Source of the DNA: a virus
Taxonomy: Duplodnaviria; Caudoviricetes
Length of the DNA stretch: 64,000 bases
Strand: one strand, 5' to 3'
Virus record (IMG/VR): IMGVR_UViG_3300021387_000688
Shown here: positions 37,268 to 46,998 of the stretch, one piece after another
Numbering within the stretch: the stretch's first letter is position 1
How the letters are laid out: each line of letters begins with the position of its first letter
The notes under the pieces: generated by a model
What the model saw: the letters and a program-made list of their open reading frames with translations, nothing else
Told to the model about the DNA's origin: nothing
Database searches by the model: none
Translations under genes and position numbers: made by a program

Positions 37268-37521
37268 TCTTCTACCTCCCTATTCTGTAATGGAGTTGAA
37301 TTCAAATAATATTCTGGGCATTCACTCATATCGTCATCTAACTCTTCTTCTGTTAGTTCTACACCTGAACAATTGCAAAAATATTTATTTTCTTTTCCTT
37401 TGCAAGCTACTGCACAATACCTGCAACAATGTTGATACGCTTTCATTAATACCTTCCTATTACAAAACCTACTATCATTCCTAAACCGAAAAAGATTATA
37501 CCAAACATTATCCGGGTCCAA
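37264..37521 (-). CDS. Cys-rich hypothetical protein
   Basis: CCRYCAVAC...FCNC...CPEY; probable start at MKAY. Confidence 0.55.
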   Translation of the reverse strand: MDPDNVWYNLFRFRNDSRFCNRKVLMKAYQHCCRYCAVACKGKENKYFCNCSGVELTEEELDDDMSECPEYYLNSTPLQNREVEE

Positions 37522-37703
37522 AATGAACGATTAATGTTAAACTTTACCCCAGGGCCAAATAAAGCTTTTATTGGATTGTAATCCTCTTTTACCATTTCCA
37601 ATTTTGGAGGCTCGGGAACCGGAACATCTTTTGCAGTTAATCTCTTAGCTTCTTTTCTTAAAGCTTCTTTCTCTTCTTCAGTTACAGGAATTTCTGTCAG
37701 CAT
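37446..37703 (-). CDS. Hypothetical protein with C-terminal TM helix
   Basis: IMFGIIFFGLGMIVGFVIG. Confidence 0.65.
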   Translation of the reverse strand: MLTEIPVTEEEKEALRKEAKRLTAKDVPVPEPPKLEMVKEDYNPIKALFGPGVKFNINRSFWTRIMFGIIFFGLGMIVGFVIGRY

Positions 37704-39001
37704 TTTGAGCCCACCTTTATAATTAATTCCAACATTTGTTTTAAGATACTCTTTACCTGGGAAATATCATAACTGTGAGGTAAACGATTCAAACTTTCGT
37801 TTATAGCATTAACCATATCTGCAGTAGAATTAGATTCACCACCAATTGTTTCTATATAACATTTATCCCAATGTTCAGGGTCTCCATAGTCTTCAGGATG
37901 TTCTTTAGCGAATTTTCTAAAGTCTTCTGCCTCTTCATCTGGAAGTTCTTTAAGATGTTCTTCTAATGAAATGCGTTCAATGCCTCGTTCCTTTTTCAAA
38001 AATTCTCTATAAAGTTTTTCCCATTCTTCATAAAGGATAGGTTCGAAAATCGCAAGCATTGCAGGATAATTAATTTTCAAGAAAGTTTTAAAATCTTTAA
38101 TTCTTTCATCTTCTTTAACTTGAGATTCGAGATAGTCTTCAAGTGTGTAAAGTCCTACTTTTTTATTCTCATACTTTTCTGAAAACTTTTTATAATCTTC
38201 CTGCCATTCTTCTCTTGTTCTTTTTAGAGAGATATCCCAATCTGCTGATTGACAAAATGCACTTGCTTTTACTTTGTCATCAATGAAAGCCTCAGTATAT
38301 TCTGACAAAGAATAAGTTTCTGCTTTAAGATTCTCTTCGGCTCTCTTCTTAAAGATTTCTTCTAATTCCTTTTGAGAGGTTTCTGGAAGATATTCTTTCT
38401 TTCCATAGAATCTCCAAATATTTGGAGAATACCATCGAAGCATTTTAATATTATTTTTTACTGTAACGATGTTGCAGAAGTTATGATTGTAACAAAAAGC
38501 TAACATAGGGATATTTTCAAGATCCCATTCTGTAACCATTGGTTCTCCATACTTCGCTTTAAATTCCATTACTTGTTCGTAAGTAGGATCATTAAACTTT
38601 AAGCGAATCTTTCCTTCTGCAAATTGAGAGAAGTCTAAAGGAAGTCCTGGTGGAAGTACATTCCATTCATCTCCATCAAAATATTCAATTTCTGCACCCT
38701 GCTCATAACAATTTTTCAAGAGTTTCTGAGAGTCAATTAAAAATTGATTTTTATTTTTCTTTTCCTTTTTAATCATTTCTTTTCCTTCTGTCGTATACAT
38801 TTTGTGCAAGTTTCCCCATCCTTTGATGCTCATATCCTCATATTCATAACCTGCTTTTTTAGCCCACTCCTCAAAGTCGATTGTATCTGCTTTACTATAT
38901 CCTAAAGTCTTGCAGTATTCTTCGAGACTATAAGGTTTATTCTTTTCATATTCTAATGCTTCTTGCAAAGAATCAAAAGTGTCGCAAATAAGTCTTTTCA
39001 T
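37697..39001 (-). CDS. Hypothetical protein with internal repeats
   Basis: YSLEEY / YSLSEY / YTLEDY / ISLEEH units. Confidence 0.75.
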   Translation of the reverse strand: MKRLICDTFDSLQEALEYEKNKPYSLEEYCKTLGYSKADTIDFEEWAKKAGYEYEDMSIKGWGNLHKMYTTEGKEMIKKEKKNKNQFLIDSQKLLKNCYEQGAEIEYFDGDEWNVLPPGLPLDFSQFAEGKIRLKFNDPTYEQVMEFKAKYGEPMVTEWDLENIPMLAFCYNHNFCNIVTVKNNIKMLRWYSPNIWRFYGKKEYLPETSQKELEEIFKKRAEENLKAETYSLSEYTEAFIDDKVKASAFCQSADWDISLKRTREEWQEDYKKFSEKYENKKVGLYTLEDYLESQVKEDERIKDFKTFLKINYPAMLAIFEPILYEEWEKLYREFLKKERGIERISLEEHLKELPDEEAEDFRKFAKEHPEDYGDPEHWDKCYIETIGGESNSTADMVNAINESLNRLPHSYDISQVKSILKQMLELIIKVGSKC

Positions 39002-39003
39002 TT

Positions 39004-39237
39004 TTACATCCTTGGAATATGGAAAGCGTTCAAAAAGTTTTCCACAGCTTCTACTTTTTCTTTATAAAAACCAATTTCTTTTCCGGCAGGATGACTATTG
39101 TAGCCATCATCAAATCCATTTATTCTAAACTTTTGCAATAGATCTATAGCTTCTCTTTCGTCCTTAAACTTCCACCAATCTGGACCTTTCTTCTTTTCTT
39201 CGTTTATTAAATCTCCAAATGTTGGTACACTAGCCAT
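39004..39237 (-). CDS. Hypothetical protein
   Basis: GGAGG RBS. Confidence 0.65.
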   Translation of the reverse strand: MASVPTFGDLINEEKKKGPDWWKFKDEREAIDLLQKFRINGFDDGYNSHPAGKEIGFYKEKVEAVENFLNAFHIPRM

Positions 39238-39580
39238 TATTAGTTGCCTCCGTTTGTAATTGCAATTCTTCTCTTATTACTGTAGCCATAAGTTTCTTAG
39301 TAGAATCTGGTAACGTTGCTAAGAAAGCTTGAAACGAAATTTCTGCAGGAGTTGTACAATGCAAGATTTGTTCTGCATCATCATATCTAAAATAATGAGG
39401 GTACTCATCTGCTACATGCCACCATTTTTTATTTGAATCATGAACCCAAGCTATTTTCAAACTCATCAATCCATTATAGATTTTAGCATAACAAGCTTCC
39501 ATAAAGGATTGAACAAATTGATGCCAACCTGTCATTACATAAATTGCAGCTATGATTTGTTCATCTCTTATAATTGTCAT
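39230..39580 (-). CDS. Hypothetical protein
   Basis: Coupled ORF. Confidence 0.65.
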   Translation of the reverse strand: MTIIRDEQIIAAIYVMTGWHQFVQSFMEACYAKIYNGLMSLKIAWVHDSNKKWWHVADEYPHYFRYDDAEQILHCTTPAEISFQAFLATLPDSTKKLMATVIREELQLQTEATNNG

Positions 39581-39978
39581 TATATTATCCTCAAACTATG
39601 TAAAACTAAAGCTTCTTTGTATCTTAAGGTATCTTCTTCTACAAAGTAATCCGCTACATGCTCTTCACCGGCCCTAAGTAGAGCTATTTGAATACCTTCA
39701 TAATCAATATTAATATCGGGGTGGTCAAAGTTTAAGTAACCTTTTAGGTTAATTTTGGAAACATATGTTTTAATACAATTACTGATATAATCATAATCGT
39801 TTCGATGATTCATGTACCAAAAATATTCTTGGCTTTCACAGTAACGTTTTATATCCTCCTGTATGTGATCTAGAGTATCAGATAACTGACAATATATGGC
39901 ATCAACTATAGCTTGACAAGGATCATCCCACCTGACTAAATCAAACTTGTCAAAATCTAATAAATGTTTCCAATTCAT
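39580..39978 (-). CDS. Hypothetical protein
   Basis: Coupled ORF. Confidence 0.65.
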   Translation of the reverse strand: MNWKHLLDFDKFDLVRWDDPCQAIVDAIYCQLSDTLDHIQEDIKRYCESQEYFWYMNHRNDYDYISNCIKTYVSKINLKGYLNFDHPDINIDYEGIQIALLRAGEEHVADYFVEEDTLRYKEALVLHSLRII

Positions 39979-39980
39979 TT

Positions 39981-40622
39981 TTACCAGCCTAATTTTTTAT
40001 TTGGGTTTGATGTTCTTATTACTACAAGATTAGTAGGGTCCCATCTACCTGCAATTCTTTCACCAGTAAGGTCTTTAGCTATAACTTGATGCACGTCTAC
40101 TGCACTTACCCCGTAGTTATCACATGGATGTGATATAAAATCCCCTACTTCAATTTTGACACCAAACTTATCTTTGTGAGGGGAATTTACGGCTACCATT
40201 TCTTCAGCTTCTTTTGTAATAGAAGTTAATTTTGCTTCAAACTTAAATTCCCATGAATATAAATCTTTTCCAAAAACAATTTTTAGAAGTGGAAGAGTTC
40301 TTGCCTCATCAAAATCATGTCCTAAATTTGAATCAGAATATAATTTACCATCTGGTTGTATAACTGCTTCCTTAACGGTGACTCTATGGGTTGAAGGGTT
40401 AAGAGTAACACTAAACAGGATTGTATTTTTATTTAATTCTATATCTGCTTCTCCTAAATCCTGCCCGTAATACGTTACTACTTTTTCAAAATCATCGCAA
40501 CAATTTTCTAAAGAAACTACTTTTGTTTTAGGAGTACATTGCCAATATCTTGCACGACCCCCTTTTGTATAACCGGTGAGTGTTTTAACCCACTCATCTG
40601 CATTTACGTGAACAAATTTCAT
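39981..40622 (-). CDS. Hypothetical protein
   Basis: C-terminal DKFGVKIEVGD (YopX/YorX-like start pattern). Confidence 0.7.
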   Translation of the reverse strand: MKFVHVNADEWVKTLTGYTKGGRARYWQCTPKTKVVSLENCCDDFEKVVTYYGQDLGEADIELNKNTILFSVTLNPSTHRVTVKEAVIQPDGKLYSDSNLGHDFDEARTLPLLKIVFGKDLYSWEFKFEAKLTSITKEAEEMVAVNSPHKDKFGVKIEVGDFISHPCDNYGVSAVDVHQVIAKDLTGERIAGRWDPTNLVVIRTSNPNKKLGW

Positions 40623-40624
40623 AC

Positions 40625-41683
40625 CTACTCCTCTATGTTATAATTTGACAATGAAAGCTTAAAAGCTTCTTCAAATGTTTCTTTACCATAAGGAATTCTC
40701 TGCCATTTAGATTGAGTAGAAGATCTTGCAATTTCTCTTTTTACAGCATCAAAATAAAATGTACTAGGCGCGTCCTTACCTTCTGGGTCCCCGTAATCAT
40801 TACCTTGAAATCTTTTTCGCCATTCTTTATCAGAGATTCCTAAAATAGTTTTTACAGATAATTGATTTATGGCTGCATTATCAAAAGACATTGTTTCATA
40901 AAAATCTACTCCAAAATTCTTTTTCCAATTTCTAATTCTTTGTAGATGCCTTATCAACCAGTTCATTCCGTCGCAGATTTCCTGCATGTGTTCTTCATAG
41001 AAATGACTGCCTCTGCCCGTACCGGATTTATATCCAAGAATCAAAACTTTATTATTTTCGCAATAATTTGCTAAAGCTTCATTATAGATTCCTGCAATAA
41101 CATGGAATACGATGTTCTTGGTTATTTTCTTTAATTCGTCTATTGCTTTTTCTTCTTCTGGAGTAGGGGGATAATTCAAAGAGATTCCTATCCCCTTAAT
41201 TACATCCTTAAGTATTAAACCCTTCAACTCTTCTAAATGTTTAGGAAGATGTTTTTGATTTATAGTTACATTACAAATAACACCTTTATGAGTCATATCG
41301 CTTACAAACTTCGTAAAGTCAGGATGTTCTAAAGGATTTCCTCCGCCAATTGCAATTTCAGTACCTGCATGCCAAGTTTTGAAAATAGGAATCAATTCCC
41401 CATTAGTCTCATATAACTTTGCATGTTTACCTCTAAGAGAACTATTTTCATGGCAATATTTACAACCACCGTCGCAATAATTGGTTATCTTAACATCTAC
41501 ATTTTCGGCAAAATCAAAAGTGCATTTCTTAGAAAAGATAGAAGGTACATAACGAATTCTTGTACCATCTGATAAAAGGTAAGTGATGTGATTACCATTT
41601 TCATAAGAGGTAAAACTTAAATTATGTAGATCGCAATATCTAAATATTTTGCGATCCATTTTTCCAACTCTTTTATAGTTCAT
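40625..41683 (-). CDS. Radical SAM protein
   Basis: DVKITNYCDGGCKYCHE (CxxxCxxC), AIGGGNPL, NVTIN. Confidence 0.9.
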   Translation of the reverse strand: MNYKRVGKMDRKIFRYCDLHNLSFTSYENGNHITYLLSDGTRIRYVPSIFSKKCTFDFAENVDVKITNYCDGGCKYCHENSSLRGKHAKLYETNGELIPIFKTWHAGTEIAIGGGNPLEHPDFTKFVSDMTHKGVICNVTINQKHLPKHLEELKGLILKDVIKGIGISLNYPPTPEEEKAIDELKKITKNIVFHVIAGIYNEALANYCENNKVLILGYKSGTGRGSHFYEEHMQEICDGMNWLIRHLQRIRNWKKNFGVDFYETMSFDNAAINQLSVKTILGISDKEWRKRFQGNDYGDPEGKDAPSTFYFDAVKREIARSSTQSKWQRIPYGKETFEEAFKLSLSNYNIEE

Positions 41684-42258
41684 TATTTAATTACATCCTT
41701 TGATTTGAAAAGTCCGTAAGTATCTTTTGCAGTATCTAATTCATAAAGCTCTTCTAAACAAGAAGAACAATAATCTGGCCAATCCCCTCCATATTCGTAA
41801 GTTCCTCCGAACATGTGATTAAGATGTTCGCACATAACTTCATCTTCAATAAAGTCATAATCTGGCATATAAAGATTACCGCAATGCTTACAAATCTTTA
41901 TAGGATTTTCCATATTATCAAAAGCAATTTTTGAAGGATCAATATCTGAACACTCTGGGAACATTTTATTCGGAGTAGATATATCATCTATTTCATAAGC
42001 ATCAATATAAATTCTCCAGATACGATTTGCAGAATCATCTAAAGGATCATAATCATGAGGTTCGTTGATTCTTTTTTCAAACTTTTCTCGGATTTCCTCT
42101 GGAAGTATTCCTTCCAAGAGGTATGATTTTCCTCCAGAAACTTCCAACTGGTGTTTAAGAGAATAATCCCCATCGTGCTTTACTTTGATAAACTTAAGAA
42201 AGTTATTCCCTTCCATAAGATTATAACCTATTAACATAAGGTCTCTTCTAGAACCCAT
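41683..42258 (-). CDS. Hypothetical protein with putative zinc ribbon
   Basis: CKHC...CSSC. Confidence 0.7.
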   Translation of the reverse strand: MGSRRDLMLIGYNLMEGNNFLKFIKVKHDGDYSLKHQLEVSGGKSYLLEGILPEEIREKFEKRINEPHDYDPLDDSANRIWRIYIDAYEIDDISTPNKMFPECSDIDPSKIAFDNMENPIKICKHCGNLYMPDYDFIEDEVMCEHLNHMFGGTYEYGGDWPDYCSSCLEELYELDTAKDTYGLFKSKDVIK

Positions 42259-42262
42259 AGTT

Positions 42263-42601
42263 TTATACCCCCAATTTTTTGTTAATTTTCTTTATTTGTT
42301 TTCTCGCTTTCTTTTCTTGTTTTTTAAGTTCTTCTTCTGAAATAATGTAGCCTTGTTTTTCCATATACCGTTCTGCGGCTTCTATAGCTTTATCAGCTTT
42401 CTTCAATAAGGCATCCGTATGAGGATTTATATTTTTGACAGGTTGTTTAGGGAGAGGGTTGCCACAATATGGGCAAGTGTCCTTTTCTTTGTGAGGGAAA
42501 AATCTCCAACCGATTAAGACACCTGTCCATACTGAAAGTATAATGAATATTAAAAATGTAAAAACATCTATTCCGGCACTTTGAATTAACAATTCTTTCA
42601 T
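42263..42601 (-). CDS. Membrane-anchored protein, predicted leaderless
   Basis: TM helix then CPYCG; CTATATT-N6-ATG. Confidence 0.7.
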   Translation of the reverse strand: MKELLIQSAGIDVFTFLIFIILSVWTGVLIGWRFFPHKEKDTCPYCGNPLPKQPVKNINPHTDALLKKADKAIEAAERYMEKQGYIISEEELKKQEKKARKQIKKINKKLGV

Positions 42602-42629
42602 GCTTATAATATAGAAAAATTAAAGAACG

Positions 42630-43292
42630 TTATTCTCTATTAACACTACCCAATTGCATAGCTTGCTGAGCCAATTTTTCTACAGCGTTATCATCAGAAT
42701 CTGGTGGTAAATAATTTTGTGCTTTATAGTTTGAACCATTTGCATAAGCTTCAGCCTGGAGGTTTTTACTTACAGTTCCTAAAGCGAATTGATAAGAACC
42801 CCAAGTTTCCAAAAGATGCTTCATGAATGAATAACGTCCTTCTGCTACTGCAAGCTTAGCATTAAGTTTAGCAAACTTAGCTTTATACTTTGTATGAGCC
42901 GCAGCTTGAAGTTCTGTACTTGAATACCAAACCTTCTTATTATCATCTCGGTTATATTCTCTTTTAACATCCATTAAGGCCTGGTCTTCGAAAGCCTGTA
43001 ACTCTTTCTTAACCCTATCTGCATCATATTTTGCTCTTTGATATAAAGTGTTTAATGAGAAAGATTCTCCAGCCCACTGCAAAAGGTTTGTATTTACATC
43101 TGTAAGGGTCGGCATCTTTACAGTAAGAAGTTTCTGCTTCATTAATTCAATATTTTGTTGAACGAATTTTATAAGTTTCTGTTCAGATTCGGAATAGGCT
43201 CCTCTAACAAGTTCTTCCCCGGAAGCTATTGATTCTTCTTGTAACTCTATTTCTTTTTCTTTTTCTGATTCTTCTGCTTCGCTAATATTCAT
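42630..43292 (-). CDS. Helical protein, possible UvsY-like recombination mediator
   Basis: Start set at MNISE after CTATAAT (43311-43317) and GAGG. The helical pattern only loosely resembles UvsY. Confidence 0.4.
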   Translation of the reverse strand: MNISEAEESEKEKEIELQEESIASGEELVRGAYSESEQKLIKFVQQNIELMKQKLLTVKMPTLTDVNTNLLQWAGESFSLNTLYQRAKYDADRVKKELQAFEDQALMDVKREYNRDDNKKVWYSSTELQAAAHTKYKAKFAKLNAKLAVAEGRYSFMKHLLETWGSYQFALGTVSKNLQAEAYANGSNYKAQNYLPPDSDDNAVEKLAQQAMQLGSVNRE

Positions 43293-43351
43293 AGTAATCC
43301 TCTTTGAAGTATTATAGAAAAAGTTTTCCACTACTATAATCTAAATAAATT

Positions 43352-43750
43352 ATGAGACGAGATAAAGATGATCAACAATGGCAAGAAGTTAAAAGAAAAG
43401 TTTTTGAAATAGATAAAGGTCAATGTCTTTTATGCCAAGACCTTACCCCTGCAGAAATGGAATTGTGGAAGCAATCTGGAACTGACGGATTCTCTACAAC
43501 TAAAATGGACCCAGCCCATCATCACCCTGTTTCTCTTTATACTGAATTAATGTACGATGTAGACAATCTTTACACCCTTTGTAGATGTCACCATGAAAGA
43601 TTAGATTATATGATGCACCCTCTTACGGGTAAACATATTCAACAAGATGAAGTTGAACAATGGTGGCAAAGAATTATAAATCGTAGAAAAATAAATCAAG
43701 GTAAAGGTAAAGTTGAATTAACAGAAATGTATTATGATTCTTTAGATTAA
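43352..43750 (+). CDS. HNH-family nuclease
   Basis: CLLC...DPAHHHP...DVDNLYTLCRCHH. Confidence 0.75.
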   Translation: MRRDKDDQQWQEVKRKVFEIDKGQCLLCQDLTPAEMELWKQSGTDGFSTTKMDPAHHHPVSLYTELMYDVDNLYTLCRCHHERLDYMMHPLTGKHIQQDEVEQWWQRIINRRKINQGKGKVELTEMYYDSLD

Positions 43751-44094
43751 TTTACTTTAGTGTATCCTCCAGTTTCTTTATTAAGAACCCACTTGAAATA
43801 TCTTTTAGCATCCGGATCGTATATCATTTCAAATTCTGGACGTTCAATGATTTGAGGTTCAAATTCTACTTTTGAATACTTCTCATGTTCCCTTTCATTA
43901 AGTAAAGATCTGGTAGGTGCAATAGTAGTCTGCCCTACTTTAGGAATATAACCCATCATCCAATTACCAGAAGCTTCGCCGAATTGCTCTTCGGCTAAAT
44001 GATAAGCTTCTGTTTTATCTTTGGCTTTAATGGATCGGATTTGACCGGTTTTGTAGAATTGGATATAAAACTTTTTTAACTTATCTTTTGACAT
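43747..44094 (-). CDS. Hypothetical protein
   Basis: TAATG coupling. Confidence 0.7.
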   Translation of the reverse strand: MSKDKLKKFYIQFYKTGQIRSIKAKDKTEAYHLAEEQFGEASGNWMMGYIPKVGQTTIAPTRSLLNEREHEKYSKVEFEPQIIERPEFEMIYDPDAKRYFKWVLNKETGGYTKVN

Positions 44095-44927
44095 TAAGCT
44101 TCACCTACAAGTTTGAGGAACTCTGTACTTGTAATGATTGGTGTACCCAACTGCTTTGCTTTTACGTTCTTAGAAGAACCAGATTCGGTATCATCGGTTA
44201 CGAGATAAGAAAGCCCCTTCTTAACGCTTGCAAGAGTTCCGCCATTATCTACTACCAATTTTTCAAGTTCCTTACGTGGACGAACTGCAGCACCTGTAAA
44301 ACAGAAACTCATTCCTGAAAGAACTCCACCTTCTTTCTTTACTGGAGCTGCGTCTGCAATTTTGAAATATTCCATACAAGATAAGATTTCAGGAAGTGCC
44401 TTTTTGATACCTTCGTAAATCTTAGTAGCCATTGTATCTTTGATTCCTTCTCCGATATACTGAGTGTAATTACCCTGCTTAAGGAAGAAGTTGATATCAT
44501 AGTTGTTTGAATTTTTCTGGATTTGTTCAATACGTCTGCGGCCTACATCTTCGATATCAAAGATTGCGATATAGTCAGAAACTTTAACATCTTTTGAAAG
44601 AACTTTGTTTACTTTATTGTAAATCTTTGTACCATTTACACCGCCAGCCCACTTGCAAGATTCTTTATCACTTTTTGTGATTGCCTCGAAGAAGTCTTCA
44701 AGACCTTTACAATCTTTAGAAGCTGCTTCAAAATAAGCTGGACCTGCACCTTTGATTTCAAATACATCAAAGAACTTTTCGATTTTGTGAGCTATCTTTG
44801 ATGTACAAAGAGGATTAGCACATTTAACTTCCCCGTTTTCCTGAATTATAATATCCCCGCCACATACAGGGCAAACTTCTGGGAGACCCAAACCATCGAA
44901 ATAAAAATTAGATTTATTGATAATCAT
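44094..44927 (-). CDS. Stand-alone C-terminal half of NAD-dependent DNA ligase (Zn finger-HhH-BRCT)
   Basis: PEVCPVCG...KCANPLC, FEIKGAGP, IEDVGRR, LSGMSFCFTG...SVKKGLSYLV...SSKNVKAKQLG; own CTATAAT promoter and GAGG RBS. Confidence 0.85.
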   Translation of the reverse strand: MIINKSNFYFDGLGLPEVCPVCGGDIIIQENGEVKCANPLCTSKIAHKIEKFFDVFEIKGAGPAYFEAASKDCKGLEDFFEAITKSDKESCKWAGGVNGTKIYNKVNKVLSKDVKVSDYIAIFDIEDVGRRRIEQIQKNSNNYDINFFLKQGNYTQYIGEGIKDTMATKIYEGIKKALPEILSCMEYFKIADAAPVKKEGGVLSGMSFCFTGAAVRPRKELEKLVVDNGGTLASVKKGLSYLVTDDTESGSSKNVKAKQLGTPIITSTEFLKLVGEA

Positions 44928-44954
44928 TGCATACCTCTTGCTAATATTATAGCT

Positions 44955-45137
44955 TTACTGGGTATTTGCATTTTCCATTTTTTTAGCTTTTTTGTTATTT
45001 ATGTCTACAAGTAAATCTAAATTCTGAGAAATTGCATCTTGAAGGGTTTTTAATAAAGCATTTGCCGAACTTTCTATTCTAAGTTGATCCCTTCTAACTT
45101 CATCCTCAGTTTTGTTAGGTAAATGAAAGTTGGTCAT
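44955..45137 (-). CDS. Hypothetical protein
   Basis: AAGGAG RBS, coupled. Confidence 0.6.
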   Translation of the reverse strand: MTNFHLPNKTEDEVRRDQLRIESSANALLKTLQDAISQNLDLLVDINNKKAKKMENANTQ

Positions 45138-45757
45138 TATTGCTCCTTAGTTACTGTATAAGAAAAGGAGTCTACGTCTGTACAAGAGAAAGTAGTGTTA
45201 ATAAAACTCTTTTCATACTCTTCCAATTCTTCTTCAGTTTGAATGAAAATCTTTTCTTTAGAAGGGCGGCTTACAGAAATAGTTGGGGTACAACCTTCTT
45301 TAAGATTGAATGTTCTTTTCATTAATCCAAACCATTCTTTAAGTTCTTCATCCTGTTCGTTTTCAATATTTTTTATTTCTTCTCTAACAGGACTAGGAGG
45401 ATAAATGGTTAATTCATATTTAGGACTAACCCAAGTTTTTATAACACCTTCTTCATAATACTTGAAGGTAACTTTATTTAACACATCTTGAATCTTGCCA
45501 ATCTTTTCATTAATAGGTAAAGGAATATTATGTTTGCGCCAAATAGCATTCATTTGAACATTGGGGATCATTCTTGCCCATGGGTATTTAGCTTTATTCT
45601 CTGGGTTCTTCCACCACTCTTCAATTTCTCTCAAAACAACTTCTACAAGTTCAGGTTTGTTTTGAACGCACCAAGCTGCGGCTATTGAAATCTCTTCATC
45701 GTGAGCTTTAATTTTTACTTCTTCTTCCAATTCATTTGGGTCTAATATTACATGCAT
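45137..45757 (-). CDS. Hypothetical protein
   Basis: First gene of the leftward array; CTATAAT upstream. Confidence 0.7.
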   Translation of the reverse strand: MHVILDPNELEEEVKIKAHDEEISIAAAWCVQNKPELVEVVLREIEEWWKNPENKAKYPWARMIPNVQMNAIWRKHNIPLPINEKIGKIQDVLNKVTFKYYEEGVIKTWVSPKYELTIYPPSPVREEIKNIENEQDEELKEWFGLMKRTFNLKEGCTPTISVSRPSKEKIFIQTEEELEEYEKSFINTTFSCTDVDSFSYTVTKEQ

Positions 45758-45915
45758 AGATTTATCCTTGTTTTAATTATAGTAAGTGGGTGTCTACATT
45801 TTAAAGGTAAAAATATAACAAACAATTTTAATTAAAATAATAAATTTTAAAAAATATTTTTAGTAAATATTTTTATTTCAGTCCACGGGGATAATTCTAT
45901 ATAATATAAAGAATT

Positions 45916-45969
45916 AATTGAAATGTACAAAAAATGACCCTCATACATTTCAATTCGTACATTTCAATT
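45916..45969. repeat. Three 12-13-bp copies, one inverted and two direct
   Basis: AATTGAAATGTAC (45916-45928) versus TACATTTCAATT (45944-45955) and GTACATTTCAATT (45957-45969). Confidence 0.8.
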
Positions 45970-46010
45970 GAAAAAGGTTTCATAAAGAAAACCTCTTCTA
46001 TATTTTAGGT

Positions 46011-46466
46011 ATGTTAGAAATGTCGTTAGAAGAAGCAGAAAAAACATTGAGTTTTTTGAGGGATATGATTACTTTGTTCCCTACAGATGAGTTGGATAGA
46101 GTTCAGGCAGATATGCAGGACTTTATGATAGATGAAAAGGCCCTCCAAGAATACAGTTCTTTTGATAGAGATATTCCTAATCTTAAAAACTTGATTAGAG
46201 TTTTAAGAAAGGCAAAGAATTTACTTGCAAAAGATGGAAAGGTTGATAAGATTTTCAACGATGAAAAGTTCGCTCAAAAGGATTTGGAAGATTGGTATGA
46301 TGCATATGTACGTATGCAGAACTCACTTCTCCAGATGGGTGTAGATGCAAAGAAAGAGCTTGCAAAAATGGAGCAGGAAGAGCAAAACGAAAAGGTTGCA
46401 AAAATTGAAGCTTTGATTGAAGAGGGAAAGAAAAAGCAAGCCGAACTTAATGGAAAGAAGGAATAG
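46011..46466 (+). CDS. Hypothetical helical protein, predicted leaderless
   Basis: CTATATT-N6-ATG. Confidence 0.75.
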   Translation: MLEMSLEEAEKTLSFLRDMITLFPTDELDRVQADMQDFMIDEKALQEYSSFDRDIPNLKNLIRVLRKAKNLLAKDGKVDKIFNDEKFAQKDLEDWYDAYVRMQNSLLQMGVDAKKELAKMEQEEQNEKVAKIEALIEEGKKKQAELNGKKE

Positions 46467-46469
46467 GTA

Positions 46470-46715
46470 ATGAACGATCTTCAAGAAGCATGTGATGCCC
46501 TTTTAGCATTAGTTCCTCAATTAACAGATAAGGTAGTATCCTTAAAAACAGATAAGGATAACCTTACTGCAGAATTGAATAAACTTAAGGATGAGAACTC
46601 TTATCTTAAGAGCCTCAATGAAGAAAGTGCGGAGAAGTTTACTCTAACAGATGAACGTAAAATTCAGATAGAAAAACTTCTCAAAGACACAAAGTATATT
46701 TTGGAAACTACTTAA
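46470..46715 (+). CDS. Small coiled-coil protein
   Basis: Heptad-rich. Confidence 0.7.
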   Translation: MNDLQEACDALLALVPQLTDKVVSLKTDKDNLTAELNKLKDENSYLKSLNEESAEKFTLTDERKIQIEKLLKDTKYILETT

Positions 46716-46734
46716 TTACCCACTAATTGAAAAT

Positions 46735-46998
46735 ATGGAAATAGGACTAACACAAGAAGTATCAATTTGGATGAATAGGTTTATCAATGACTTGGCTGCA
46801 GATAAGCAAAAAGTTTTAGATGCTATAGCTTTGTTTCCTGGAAACCAAAATGTTGTAAAAAATGCAATTGAAAATGGGCCAGAAAACCTTTCAAAAGAAG
46901 ACGCAGATACTTGTAGAGAAATCTTAAACTTTATAGAATTTTACGCAACTGGGTCTATTTCCAATTTAGGGGTAGTTAGCAATGCCAGGAAAGAATAA
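46735..46998 (+). CDS. Hypothetical late protein
   Basis: ACTAATT-N6-ATG. Confidence 0.7.
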   Translation: MEIGLTQEVSIWMNRFINDLAADKQKVLDAIALFPGNQNVVKNAIENGPENLSKEDADTCREILNFIEFYATGSISNLGVVSNARKE

